The position numbers and the translations under genes are program-made. From NCBI GenBank assembly GCA_002269645.1, contig NIVC01002070.1, forward strand, positions 1 through 64,000: a stretch of DNA of 64,000 bases, in the 5' to 3' direction. How positions within the stretch are numbered: position 1 is the stretch's first letter; the number at the start of each line of letters is the position of its first letter. The stretch comes from Macrostomum lignano. Its lineage: Eukaryota. The notes below the pieces were generated by a model. It saw nothing but the letters and a program-made list of their open reading frames with translations. It did no database searches and had not been told where the DNA came from. Below, piece by piece: positions 1-28,200 of the stretch.

Positions 1-482
1 GGGTAGAGGGTTGGGGTAGAGGGTTGGAGGGGAGAGGGTTGGAGGTTAGAGGGTTGGAGGGTAGAGGGTTGGAGGTTAGAGTGTTGGAGGGTAGAGGGTT
101 AGAGGGTAGAGGGTTGGAGGGTAGAGGGTTGGAGGGTAGAGGGTTGGTGGGGAGAGGGTTGGATGGTAGAGGGTTGGAGGGTAGAGTGTTGGAGGTTAGA
201 GTGTTGGAGGTTAGAGTGTTGGAGGGTAGAGGGTTGGAGGGTAGAGGGTTGGAGGGTAGAGGGTTAGAGGGTAGAGGGTTGGAGGGGTAGAAGGTTGGAG
301 GGTAGAGGGTTGGAGGTTAGAGTGTTGGAGGTTAGAGTGTTGGAGGGTAGAGGGTTGGAGGGTAGAGGGTTGGAGGGTAGAGGGGGGAGGGTAGAGGGTT
401 GGAGGGGTAGAGGGTTGGAGGGTAGAGGGTTGGAGGGGTAGAGGGTTGGAGGGTAGAGGGTTGGAGGTTAGAGGGTTGGGGG
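1..482. repeat. G-rich 15-bp minisatellite (GGGTAGAGGGTTGGA)n, cut by window edge
   Basis: Directly visible; produces the LEGRG ORF. Confidence 0.95.
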
Positions 483-605
483 GTAGAGTGTCAGACCGGA
501 GAGAGGGCGGGAGCAGCGGAAGTCACATACAGAGCGATAGCAGGAAACAAGTAAAATCCGTAGGCTTTCTTGAATTGAATCACTGCAGAGCAGAGTCCTT
601 CAGGT

Positions 606-621
606 CTCATGACGTCATGAG
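606..621. promoter_or_regulatory. 16-bp perfect palindrome containing a consensus CRE (TGACGTCA) upstream of DAT
   Basis: CTCATGACGTCATGAG equals its own reverse complement; about 800 bp upstream of the DAT coding start. Confidence 0.35.
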
Positions 622-1423
622 GTCGGTCTCCCGCTGAGCGAGGGGCAGGCGGGCCCCCAGTCTTTGATCGCGGCCATGATGCAGTTCGCCCAAATGGTCG
701 CGGAAAAAAATTGAATTAAGCTCAGCGGCAGCGGAGAGGCTGGTAGTGCGGGATTGCATTAGCCAAATTGGCCCGGCCTCCTGTCTATCCAGCCGCCTCC
801 CCGCTGCCAAGTCTCCACTCTCGCTTTTAGCATTCGTGTTCAATTAACGAACGGAATCCCAGCTCCCATTTATCCAGATTTCCCCCGCCCCCGCCCCCCG
901 AAGTCTCTTGAAAGATTGCCTTGGTGTAGAAAAGGAAATGACAGGGGATCGGATTAAATCCGCCGGGCAGATTCTCGTTCAGCAAATATAGAAATGGGGA
1001 TCACATTTGAAGCCTCGGCGCTCAGACAGGTGTGTGTGAGAGAGAGAAAGCAGGTTGCCTGATTAGTCGATTCGAGTTTCACCTGTCTCTACACCCCTCT
1101 GTAATGAAATTTCTCTACCAAAAAATTTCCACCCAAACCCAACTGCTCTACTGCGAGTAGGGCATGCCGAGTTTCGCTCTCAAAAAACCGGCGCAACCTC
1201 AGAAAAAAGCATGAGTTTCTGAGAGCCAATCAGCATTGAGCTGGAGAAAATTTTAACGGGATGCCAATTGCATAAAAGACGGGAAACTTGTCAAATAGGC
1301 CGGGAATTCAAACCACCTGAGCGTTTGTTGACGATTGCTAGAACAGTTTGAGCAGTCGGGCAGACAGTCAAGCCAAGATTCTCGGCGCCCCGCGCGGGCC
1401 TGTGAGATGTCCACTTGCCCATC

Positions 1424-17085
<15,662 letters not shown>

Positions 17086-18276
17086 CACCTGACAATTAAC
17101 TATAATTGGCGGCAGATCTGAGTAGCATCATGAGTAGCAGTCATAGCAACAAAATTGCCACTTTGTTTCAATTTTGTTTAAATTCTGTTTTGATAAAAAA
17201 ACGAAACAACCCAGACAAGAGTAAAGCTATTTGAAGAACAAAAATGACCTAGTTCTTAGGATGACGCGGACTCGTGCCAGATGCCAACAGGATCGGATAA
17301 AATATGATACATAACGTCAGTTAAACCATAATTATTGTCAAAAATGGTTCCTGAAATTCACTCTTCATGTAAGCATCGCAATTCCTAGCTTAGTTTTAGA
17401 TGTACTTTTGACAACGTTTTCTCAGCAGATATTTGTTTAAATTTAGCTATATATTTATGCACTCCGCTCCCGTTGTATGTTATTTTTTGCCCGGATACCA
17501 ATTGACACTCGAAGAACCTATATCTATATATATATGCATAATTATTAGTATTACACAAATAGCTCCTATCATTATTGGATGCATGGTTCTCGAAAACTAG
17601 CCTGCTGTCATGCCACTGTTCATCTCGTCCAAAAATAAGCGGTCTATTCTCAATATTCTTTGGCTATAATTTGTGAAAAATATTCTCTTTAGGAATTGTG
17701 AATTATGTTTATTGATATGGAAACTATGAATTCAATATGCGAAATCTTTTAATTTGCTCTAACCTGTACTCAGTATCTCGAGTACATAAACATTTTCTGA
17801 ACGAACGCTGTAAACTTTGTGGCATGATTAGCAAAAACTTTTTAGATGTCTCCAGCTCCCCTAGTAAGCGGTTGAACACCGGCCGAACTTATTGTTTAGT
17901 CCAATTGGCTTTGATCCGATATAACTTTAATAGAGTTTTTCTGCATAACCAGTGCTTACAAAGTAGCCAGCTTTAATAGCTCAATATTTTCTAGAGGTGC
18001 GGAATTCCGTTCAATGCGCGCCATCTTTCCAGCTGTTTATCTCTTTATTCTGAAAATTTGAGTTGACTCATGGCTTAGCCCGAAGAAGTTCATTATGAAA
18101 TAAATTTAGATGAAAAACGTGTGAAGTCTCTCTCAGCTAATGTTCTTAGACCAGTCTTAATAATTCTATCCTAAAGTTGTAGTAGAACTAAGAACTATAA
18201 TCACTTAAATTTTTCCCCTGACTTCTACGAGCGTCTCCGCCTTTCTCTCTTCCATCACACAGTATCTCATCTCTTC

Positions 18277-18686
18277 TATGCTATGTACACTGCAGTCCGC
18301 CTTCCATCTCTCCTATCGCTCAGTATCTCGTCTCTTCTATGTACACTGCAGTCCGCCTTCCATCTCTCCTATCGCTCAGTATCTCGTCTCTTCTATGTAC
18401 ACTGCAGTCCGTCTTCCATCTCTCCTATCGCTCAGTATCTCGTCTCTTCTATGTACACTGCAGTCCGCCTTCCATCTCTCCTATCGCTCAGTATCTCGTC
18501 TCTTCTATGTACACTGCAGTCCGCCTTCCATCTCTCCTATCGCTCAGTATCTCGTCTCTTCTATGTACACTGCAGTCCGCCTTCCATCTCTCCTATCGCT
18601 CAGTATCTCGTCTCTTCTATGTACACTGCAGTCCGCTTTCCATCTCTCCTATCGCTCAGTATCTCGTCTCTTCTATGTACACTGCT
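18277..18686. repeat. 56-bp tandem repeat, ~7 copies
   Basis: CTATGTACACTGCAGTCCGCCTTCCATCTCTCCTATCGCTCAGTATCTCGTCTCTT. Confidence 0.94.
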
Positions 18687-19070
18687 GGCCGTCTTCATTA
18701 CCGGAGCATTGAATGAAATCCAGCGCTATCTACCAGCAATCTTTGAACATACTCTTTACTATACTCAGTGTATCCGTAAGAGATTTTCGGAAAACGTTTA
18801 GGGTGATATTTGCTCGAAAGGGCAATGAAGACAAAGACACTTTATAAACATTTTGAGAGTATGCCTGAAACAACAAAATAACTTCTTGCTCCACTGATTC
18901 ATTCAATTTTCAGAGCAAATTTAAAACTTTGCTTTTTGCATTCTTGTGTATTCTCTTGCAAAACAAGTTTAAAAACTCATCTCTCAGTAGTCGCATATCC
19001 CTGTAATGAAACTTGTTTTCGTTCGTTTTTAGCCGGCGTAGAAAGGCCATCAGACTCCGATCTCAAAGCT

Positions 19071-20004
19071 TCACACAGCGATCCAGACATCGCCAGTATC
19101 GTTGACGAAGGCGGTGGCGAAGCTGCTAAGGCGGCAGAGGCCGCTGCTGCTGTTGAAGCGATAGGAGGAGCAGCTGGCAGTCCGAGCGCAGATGCTTGCG
19201 CACTCAACCAGGATCTGCGTCTTGACGTCCCAGCCCAGGGAGCCTGAGAAAGCAGCAGTGGTGACCAGCTTTGGAGCGGCAGAGGCGGTGACCTTGCGAA
19301 AGCTGCGGCTCTCAGAAGCTGCAATGTGTGTCGAAGGTGAGCTAGAGGCGAAATATGATCTACGCCACTGTCGAACTAACAACATCGACCTGAGCAGTTT
19401 TAGGAATAATGAGACTTCGAAGACTAACCATTGTTGTTTGTATGGAAGGCAGCCCAGATTAATAAAGTTTGGCCAAGTGGAAGCCTACTTGATTGATGCA
19501 GAATTGAGGCAAGGAATCGATCGATGAGACTTTCATACTGATTATCGGAAAAATTAATCTCGAAACGCAAGGCTGCAACTCACTCGGTGGATAAACGTTT
19601 TCGTAGACGGAGTTTCTGAACCCTGCGCCACACTTCTGTGATGAGTTCCCGGCGCAACTCATGCTGCAATCGGATTCAGGAGCCGGACCCCAGGAGCCGT
19701 AGCTCCAGTCGCACACGCACTGCGAGCTGTACTGCATACCGGCGTATCGAAAGCCGCCGTAGGTGCAGATTTCGCAGCACAGCTCCACCGTCAGGGCAGC
19801 ACTGGACAAAATGCCGTTAGTCGGATCCGTGACGCTGAATGGGCCGAGCTGGGCGATGCCAACGAGGCCCAGCATGTCTCTGTTGCTATCGAAATCAACG
19901 AAGCAGCCGACGTAGACCGGAGTGGCTTTGCGCTGGCACAGCGACCCGGAGACCAGCAGAGCGACAGCTACAACAGCCTTCAAGGCAGAGAGGCCGGCCT
20001 GCAT
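19071..20004 (-). CDS. Secreted WSC-domain + PAN/Apple-like domain protein, 2 exons, 222 aa
   Basis: Exon 20004-19584: signal peptide MQAGLSALKAVVAVALLVSGSLC, WSC pattern YVGCFVD...LTVELCCEIC...YAGMQYSSQCVC...CSMSCAGNSSQKCG...NSVYE; donor GTGAGT. Exon 19318-19071 (acceptor CACACATTGCAG, phase 1 match): ECASICARTASCSSYRFNSSSGLCRL, PAN/Apple-like Cys spacing. Total 669 nt, in frame. Confidence 0.85.
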
Positions 20005-20261
20005 CTTGCTTGAGTTGAGGGTGCAGCAATGGGCTGACTAAAACTGCTTGCATTTATTGACTCAAACTGTTTCCCCAGTTCTTTTTCCTCGCCGTCAACT
20101 CAGTAGTGGCGGAAAAAGTTTTACTTTGCTACCTGAGCCTTTTCAGCTTCTTGACTGTGGGCTCTGCTTTTGGTTCGAAATATTGATCTTTCCACCATTC
20201 AGTCTCAGAACAATGGCTTTTCTCGTGGGCTTCTCTCTCGAGTGGTTGGCAGAGCAGCTAG

Positions 20262-21314
20262 TTAGGAGATGCTGGTAGATAGTGCTAGAATATTAGAAAA
20301 CAAAATAAACGAAATTTCTAGCCAGCACTGAGCAGGGACACAGGCAGAGGCTCCCGATCCTCCCTGGCTGTCTGTTTTCCTTCCTTTTTTCTGTGAGGCC
20401 CTATGTTTTGTATTTTTTAGATTCAAGCGACAAAGTTTTTTTAATTTACGCTTATTACCACGATTATTGCTCTTGGCGGCTTTGTTCTCCTTGAAAACGA
20501 ATGCCTCACCAATCAGATCAGTTTCCTTATTGACAATGTCCTTATTGTACTGGAGGTCGTGTAGTTCGGTTCCACCTCGTAGGGCGAAGCACTTGCCGAT
20601 GTAAAACACCAAAGTGCTCAAAAGTTGTTTCGGATTCTCAGTCCCCAACTGTCTGCGTTGCCATATAGATCGTGTTCCCCTTCAGTTGAAATTGGCTCGC
20701 TGGCTCGCACTCCAGGTATGTTTCCCTCGCGGACGGTCTCCTTCATAGCAGCATCCAACGTCTGTCTCGCCTCCACGAATTGCGGGTCCTTCCACAACGA
20801 AAATTCTTTCTTCAGCCGATGCGTAATATGGTGTTGAAGCATCGCAAAGATGTCCTTCAGGTTTGAAGCGTTGTACTTGTCACCGTCCTTTTTGCGTACC
20901 TCGAAGAAGATTTTTAGCAGAAACTTCCAATCGCCAGCACTCCACTCCTCCATCGGCTTTGTCACCATCAGGCCAGTCTTCTCACCGGATAGAATACTTG
21001 CCTGTCGCTCGTCTCGCCATTGGTTAGGTTGACTAGGTAATTTTGAATAGGTTGAATAGGTTGAGCGCCCATTCCTCTTTGCGTCTTGTGCCGTCAGGGA
21101 TAGCAGCCTGCAACTTTCGCTGGATATCGTCAGATGACAAGACGGCAAAACGACTAGACGATGCTGCTGGAACAGTGTCGTCAGAGTCAGCTGCCGATAG
21201 ATCGGCAGTAGTCGTAGACGTAAAGGTGGTCGATGCAAGAGCAGTCGTAGATGTAGTAGTGGTCGATGCGAATAAAGCATCGCTCCATTCGAATTCAAGT
21301 TCAGGAAGATCCAT
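20262..21314 (-). mobile_element. Decayed Crypton-type (DUF3504, KCTD1/QRICH1/ZMYM-related) tyrosine-recombinase relic
   Basis: Three overlapping frames join into SSRFAVLSSDDIQ...IPDGTRRKEEWALNLF / QWRDER...FFEVRKKDGDKYNASNLKDIFAMLQHHI...KDPQFVEARQTLDAAMKE...ASEPIS / GTENPKQLLSTLVFYIGKCFALRGGTELHDL, the pattern of CryptonA/DUF3504 proteins. The C-terminal catalytic region is not seen. Confidence 0.78.
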
Positions 21315-22417
21315 CGCTCTGTCTCTTTCTATCTCAACTTGTGTAAATAAGCAGCTCGATCCATATAATATACAGGATTTCATTTGACTTTATCTAATCA
21401 TTTAGTCTATGATTGGTCTACGGTTCTGCCCCACACCCGCTCGTCTTACAAGTGGAGATAAATTTTATCATACCCACTAGAAATTGTTCTATCGCCGAAA
21501 GTCCTTGGACGCGTTTCTCAGGCTCGGCTTCGACCCTTACTACATTATGACCTGGTGCAATAATGCGAATTGCAAGGAGGCAGACGAGTCGTGGATGTCG
21601 CGTTCGCCTCGGCCAGAGAAACGCATCCTCGGACTTTCTTTTCCATAGAAAGTCCATAATGTAGTAAGTCAATAATTTTAAAGTCTTAAAGTCCATAATT
21701 TTAAAGTCCATAATTTCTTACTTGTAGCTGGCTTCTGTAAACACGAAGATTCCAAGGTTGGGCCATAGATATAGATTTAAGAGCCATGCTGTTTAAGCCA
21801 AGCAAACCCAGCCAAATCGCAGGCTTTCATTCGTATTATGAGGTTGAGGGTGAGGTTGGATGAGGTTGGATGTCCCAGCCGAGACAGGTAGTTAAGTCAA
21901 CCCAGTTGAGAATCTCCATTTGCAGCAGTAGATTTGGTCTTGCCCATAGACACAGACAGATAGGCAAAAGGCAAGCAAATAGACTAAAAAGCAAGCAAAT
22001 TGATAATTCGGCCATAGGCATCAGCACAAAGATGGATGCCAGCAGCAGCCTCTCTCAGTTTTCAAAACTGTTTTTGATTTCTCTTCGAGCTCATTGAAAT
22101 CATGCTGAAACGTCGACTTCCATGCAGTAAGGGGCCTTGGCTGCATATGGTCTTGCCTTAGTCTATGGGCCATAGACTGCAAAAGCCAAGCAAAGTGATA
22201 GAAAGACACCTAAACTGAGAATCCATCGGTTTAGACGAGCGTACGTCGTGTACCTTATTTATTCGCAACTTAGACCAAGGCCCATAGACGCAACCCAGGC
22301 CCTTCGCAGGCAGCTTATGGTGGATTTTCAGTTTGGGTCGGCCTTATTCTCAGTTACAATAACAATACTAGAGAAAAAGTAATTTAAAAAAATAGTATCT
22401 AGTCAACAAGCCAAAAC

Positions 22418-23527
22418 ATGGCAAGCCAAGAATGTGTTGAGCAGATCATGACAAAATATGCCAAGCCTCTGGCTTCAAATTCAACCGAGGAGCTTCTAAA
22501 GCTGGTTGCCTACATCAATAGCACCCAGCCCAGATTTCTAAGTGACGAGAAATTGTGTGCAAAGCTGCTGGGCCGTTCCGACAATGCAATTAGCCTTATG
22601 TTCAACGTGTATGCGACTAAGATGGACAGCTTCTATGGTGAGATGCGATTGGCTAATAAAACTGTTTGCTGGATGTGCGATCGTAATTTGTGTCACTGGC
22701 TGCTTAGACCGAGTACTCCAACCCCTATATCATAGACTTGCCACCCGATACCTTTGAAGCCTCTGTTATCAGCTCTGACACCCTTCTAATCTCCTGTTAT
22801 CAGCTCTGACACCCTTCTAATCTCCTGTTATCAGCTCTGACACCTTCTAATCTCCTGTTATCAGCTCTGACACCTTCTAATCTCCTGTTATCAGCTCTGA
22901 CACCTTCTAATCTCCTGTTATCAGCTCTGACACCTTCTAATCTCCTGTTATCAGCTCTGACACCTTCTAATCTCCTGTTATCAGCTCTGACACCTTCTAA
23001 TCTCCTGTTATCAGCTCTGACACCTTCTAATCTCCTGTTATCAGCTCTGACACCTTCTAATCTCCTGTTATCAGCTCTGACACCTTCTAATCTCCTGTTA
23101 TCAGCTCTGACACCCTTCTAGCTCCTGTTATCAGCTCTGACACCCTTCTAATCTCCTGTTATCAGCTCTGACACCTTCTAATCTCCTGTTATCAGCTCTG
23201 ACACCTTCTAATCTCCTGTTATCAGCTCTGACACCCTTCTAGCTCCTGTTACTAACTCTGACCTCTTTGGAGCTCATGGAGGACGCAGAAACATTCAAAA
23301 CTTTCTCATCCACAACACCATCACAAGAATCCGAGGTGATCATAGCCCTGAGAGTGTTCGTGGGCCTCTTGGCCTTGTTCGTTCTCTTCTGCTTCTTCTT
23401 GGCCCTGTTCGAGCCGCGCGACGAGGACGAGGCGCTGAAGTGTCTGACATCCTGGCCGGAGCTCGACCTGACTGCGCTGGTCACCGACGGCCCGCCAAAA
23501 GTCGAGGCGAAGCGGCACGCCGAGTAG
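22418..23527 (+). CDS. Uncharacterised 152-aa protein with one predicted transmembrane helix, 2 exons
   Basis: Exon 22418-22637 (AAAACATGG start, donor GTGAGA) and exon 23289-23527 (TACTAAC branch point 23250-23256, CAG acceptor), both phase 1, total 459 nt. Hydrophobic segment VIIALRVFVGLLALFVLFCFFLALF. No family recognised. Confidence 0.55.
22761..23250. repeat. 30-31-bp intronic minisatellite, ~16 copies
   Basis: CTGTTATCAGCTCTGACACCTTCTAATCTC. Confidence 0.95.
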
Positions 23528-25264
23528 TTGCGGTTTTTTTAAATTCCTTTGAAAGCTTTTGTGTTTCTATTTTTGAGTAGTATGATTCCATGTTTAGCTT
23601 GTTCTTGAAGTTCTTGTTCACTGTCGTCATCTCATGGGCCCATTCTCTCCACATTCTCTCCTCATTCTCTCCTCAGTGCACTGTTAAGACTGATGGTGGC
23701 TCTAATAAGTGAAAGCTGCAGACTGCAGCCATTGAAAGTATCCAGTTGGTTGTTAAGTATCATTGGTTATAGTACAAGCAATCGCTAATGAGCCCGTTTG
23801 CCTATAAGTCCTAAGCACCTTCGTAACCAAGGAAACAACTGCAATAATGTGGCTCGTGGCACGCATTGAGCTGGGGACCGGGAATCGAGATGGATTGCCT
23901 CTCTTCCGCCTGTGGGTCTTCAGCGTTGCTGCTCCAACCCGATCCTTGAGGCCCTGTGCATTGGGAGCTTATTGTGAGCTTCCTGCCTCTCTGCATTCCA
24001 GTCAAAAGCAGTGAGGGTTTTACAAAGGTGGTTTTTCTTAAAAAGAGAAATTGCTTTTCGTCACACGGAGAGCAGGGGAGGGGAGAGTTTTGTACGGCCC
24101 GACAGCAGAGCTGCTAAGACGCAGTGCTTGCCCGCAAAGGGTGAAAGCGTTGGTCGGGGGTTGACCGCAACTTTCTAATGCTCCCAGGTGCTTGTCCCAG
24201 AAACTCCAGGCTTTGCTGTCGTGTTTTCTTTGCCTTTCTGCCTCCCAACTTATACTTCAACATTCAGGGCCGCAATAGCCAACATAGAGCGGCTTGTAAA
24301 TGGAGTTGAAGCCGCGACCAGAGCAAAAATAACTTTTACAAGAAGAAACTAAATTGAGGAAGGAGGTCCCCGTGAACAGCTGCCTAGAAACCCAGCTAAT
24401 CCTATTGAACTGTTTCATTAGTTTTGCCACTAATTGGTTTTCACCTGTAGGGTCGCAGTCTCAGAGCCTGTCTGTGTATTCAGGACTTCTCGTTTTACAA
24501 ACGCTGGTTAATGGCGAGGCTTATAATATGATCTAGTTTAAAATATTCATTATTGCATTATTAATTAACAATGAAACGGCTTGCACGACGCATTCGGCTT
24601 ACAATTTTTGGTGTCTTATTTTTGACATTGCTGCTTGATAGACAAACGATTTTATTGAGGTCGATGCAGGGAGTACGAGCAGGGTGGCCTTTATTAATAG
24701 AAGAAGTTCATTTTTATAGTTTGACTTCTACAGACGCGGCTACCGAAAAACAGGGAATGATTTGGGTCATTCCACGGGAAATTTATTACGGTATATTGCT
24801 TTTTCTAATTGCATGTCGCAGGAAAAAGTGTACTATAGGAGAGAGTTTTTAGAGAGCAGTGATGAAAGGAATTGATGGGATTAAATGACAGGTTTGTATT
24901 GACTCGCTAGTGAGTGGATGGATGAAGGGCCGGGTAGCGGAGTACTAGTTCCAGAGAGTCTGGAATGGCACTTGGCTTGCAAGCCTCACTTTTTCTGATT
25001 TCTATAGAGTTCAGAGAGTTCAGTGATGGTACAAGAATTTCCTATTCCTGCTTTGAGTTTTCTATCTTCTTTGCCAGAACTTCCTTGCCAGATGTTCTGA
25101 ATCTAGTACTCCGTGGATGAGTCAAGTTTATAAGAGTACCTGCAAGCTTTTCGGCTTTTGGGAAAACAGAAAATGGCGAATCATCTTCAATCTCGACTCT
25201 GTCTAATGAGTAATGCTACTCTGCTCCCAACCATACGGATCCTTGCCAGAGTGAAATGCCTGCT

Positions 25265-28200
25265 TCAAAAGCAATTCGTTCCCGACTTGTCGGTTGACGT
25301 TTTCTTTGATTCGCCCGTGCCACCGGCAGCTGTGGCGGCAGCGCCAGTGGCGGCAGCTGCACCTGAGGCAGCTCGGGCGTCCGAGTTGCCACCGGCCTCG
25401 GCAGACAGCTGGTTCGCGCTTCCAGAAGCTGCCACGCCGTCGGGACAGTCAACCAGGGGAAAGGCGATGTCCTGCGGTGACCAGGTGGGTAGCCGAAGGT
25501 CGAGCTTGTTGACCAAGGTGGCTGGCAGTAGTCGGCCAGCGATGTAGTGCCTTCTGCCGGCGAACTCCAATGAGCAACGCTTGGGTAGCAGCAAGGAGAT
25601 CAGCGTGTCTGGCCGAAGGTAGTGCTGCCCGCTGGAGCCAGAGGGCGCTTTGTCGGCTTCCCAGCCTTTAAAGTAGAGATAATGATTAGCTACTTTAATT
25701 TCAAAAGGCTTTGTAATTTTAAGCAGGATGCTGCAACCCAACTGCTTAAGGTGGGCGTTGTCCAAGCCGGTTCAACCTAGCCTGAGAGTTGGGGTGGCGG
25801 GTGCCCCAGCCGAAGAGTTTGGGGTGGCAGGTGCCCGCCGGAGAGTTTGGGGTGGCGGGTGCTCTAGTCAGAGAGTTTGGGGTGGCGGGTGCCCCAGCCG
25901 AAGAGTTTGGGGTGGCAGGTGCCCGTCGGAGAGTTTGGGGTGGCGGGTGCTCTAGTCAGAGAGTTTGGGGTGGCGGGTGCCCCAGCCGAAGAGTTTGGGG
26001 TGGCAGGTGCCCGTCGGAGAGTTTGGGGTGGCGGGTGCTCTAGTCAGAGAGTTTGGGGTGGCGGGTGCCCCAGCCGAAGAGTTTGGGGTGGCAGGTGCCC
26101 GCCGGAGAGTTTGGGGTGGCGGGTGCGCCAGCCGGAGATTTTGGGGTGGTCATTAGCCTCTGGTCTCACCACTTGGCACGTCAATGCTGACAACAGGTAC
26201 AGCAGTCTCCGTCAGTTTCTGCAGCACTTCGGCCAGGTCAGGACGGACAGGCGCCTGGAAGGTGTGGCCAAACAGCGCGTCCACAATCAGGCAGTAGTTA
26301 TGGTCCAGTACTTGCACATCGCCCGGCATGTAGCTCAGGAATGGGATGTCCATTTTTTCGCACTGGTTGAGCAGGGAGCGGTAGGCCGCTTTCGCTGGCG
26401 TTTTCGGGTAGAATACAGTCAGCTTGTAGCCCTGGTGTCGGATGGGCGAGACAGGTTTCCAATGAGTCGAGCTAGTGTTTATTGTCATGTGTGCAACGAA
26501 AGTATTTTGGCAGCCAGCTTTGCAGCAAGTAGTAAGCACCGGGGGCACAGAAAGGGAAGTTATCAGTGGAGACACGCCGGAGAGTGGCTAGGGGAGCCAG
26601 TTAACCATGTGATAACATTTATTATTTAGTACTGGTGTCATTTCTCGGATATCCTGCAGCTTTGATGTCATCATAAAGTGTACCTTAGGCATTTTCCCTT
26701 GGTCTTACTTGGGCTAGAATAACTAACGAGCAAGGCTCAAAACAAGGTGAAAGCGTTCTGTAGAAATTTCTGCAAGAGTCGCGCGGGTACGCGAAATTCA
26801 CAAAGAAAATGGGTGTTTCTTTGTTTTCAACCAACAATAGAATTGTTTGCAATGAGAGAGCAACTGTAGACGTTTCTTAGAAAACTGTCAGAAGGGATGC
26901 AGGTTCCGCCTCAGCCCCATCGGAGAAACTCAGACTCCGGAGATAAAGCAATATCTAAGTAGGCGAAACGACAAAATGCTTCAGCGTTTATCGCTAGCGA
27001 GCTGCCATCGATCCGCTCCCCACCAATACGGGGGCGTTGCAACATCGATTCAGATGGGGCAGAGAGGCTGGGACCGATAGTTCAATGGGTGTTTGGAAGG
27101 ATTTTTGCAGAAACTCCCCTAGGAAAAGACCCCTCCCCTAGAAGACAGAAATAGCTAGCTACAAACAGATCACAATTGCTGTTTACTGTTTCCTTCTCCG
27201 GCAGCTGGTCAGCAGCCCCAGCGGCATCCTCTGCTCTACGGGGCTCAGGAAACTGTAAATATTGCATTAGTCATTTTGCCGCCCCAAGCTCGCCACCCGC
27301 GCTGCGCACAGCTGACAAACCTCGGGTCGGTGCTGGGCTCGCGAGGAGGTCCTCGGCAGTGTGAGCAGCGGGGAATTCCCCTGGGGAGCTGAGCTTTCAC
27401 AGTCTGGTGGCGAGGTGAGCAACGGCCCGCGGGACTCCTCCGCTCCCCTCTTTTTTCCTGTCCCGGATTCCTTCGCTGGGGCCAGAGAGCGGGACTCCCA
27501 GATTAATGTCCGGGAGCTCCGCGGGCGCCCTTGGGCTAAAATAGGCCAAGATGCGGCAAAGCGAGCGGCCCCCCATCCATCCTTTTTCCTCTATCCGGCT
27601 TCTCCTCGCCGCCGCGAATGAGTTATCTCCGCGACCTCTTCTCACGCCCTGCTAACACTGCGGAGGAAAACGACTATACTTTTAATTAATTCCGGAGCTC
27701 TGGCTGGCAGTGTCTGGGTGCACCGCTTGACGGCGAGCCAAAAAATAAAAGCCATGATGTCGAAAGCCGCCAGCCACGGGCTGGGGCTCTCGGCTCTCTC
27801 GTTGGAGGGAGGTCCTTGACCCCTCACTCTCCAAGTATTTGCTTTACTGATTGCGGGGGGGGGGGCTATTGGGCCCCGGTCTTCAGTGACTGATCATTTG
27901 AGGAACAGCCCTAGCAGGATACTAAACTCATAAAACCAACCCTGAGACTAAACCTAGCTAATATTTCCTGGCGATTCAATCCCTTGGAACGGGAGAGTAC
28001 AGGACAGCGAGAAGGAGCTCAGCAGCGGAATTAACAAATTAATTAAGGGATAAAGAGGTGGTATTGGGATTAGCGGGGTATGAGAGCACCAGCTGACGGG
28101 ATATAGGATCACAGCGAGGGTCAGTATAAGGGATCATAGCGGGGGTCAGTAGGGTAAATAAGGGATCACAGTGGGGGGTCAGTAGGGTAAATGAGGGATC

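Noticed and set aside
23760-23960. B-box-like CTCGATTCC on the minus strand
   Set aside because: No convincing A box or tRNA-like head.
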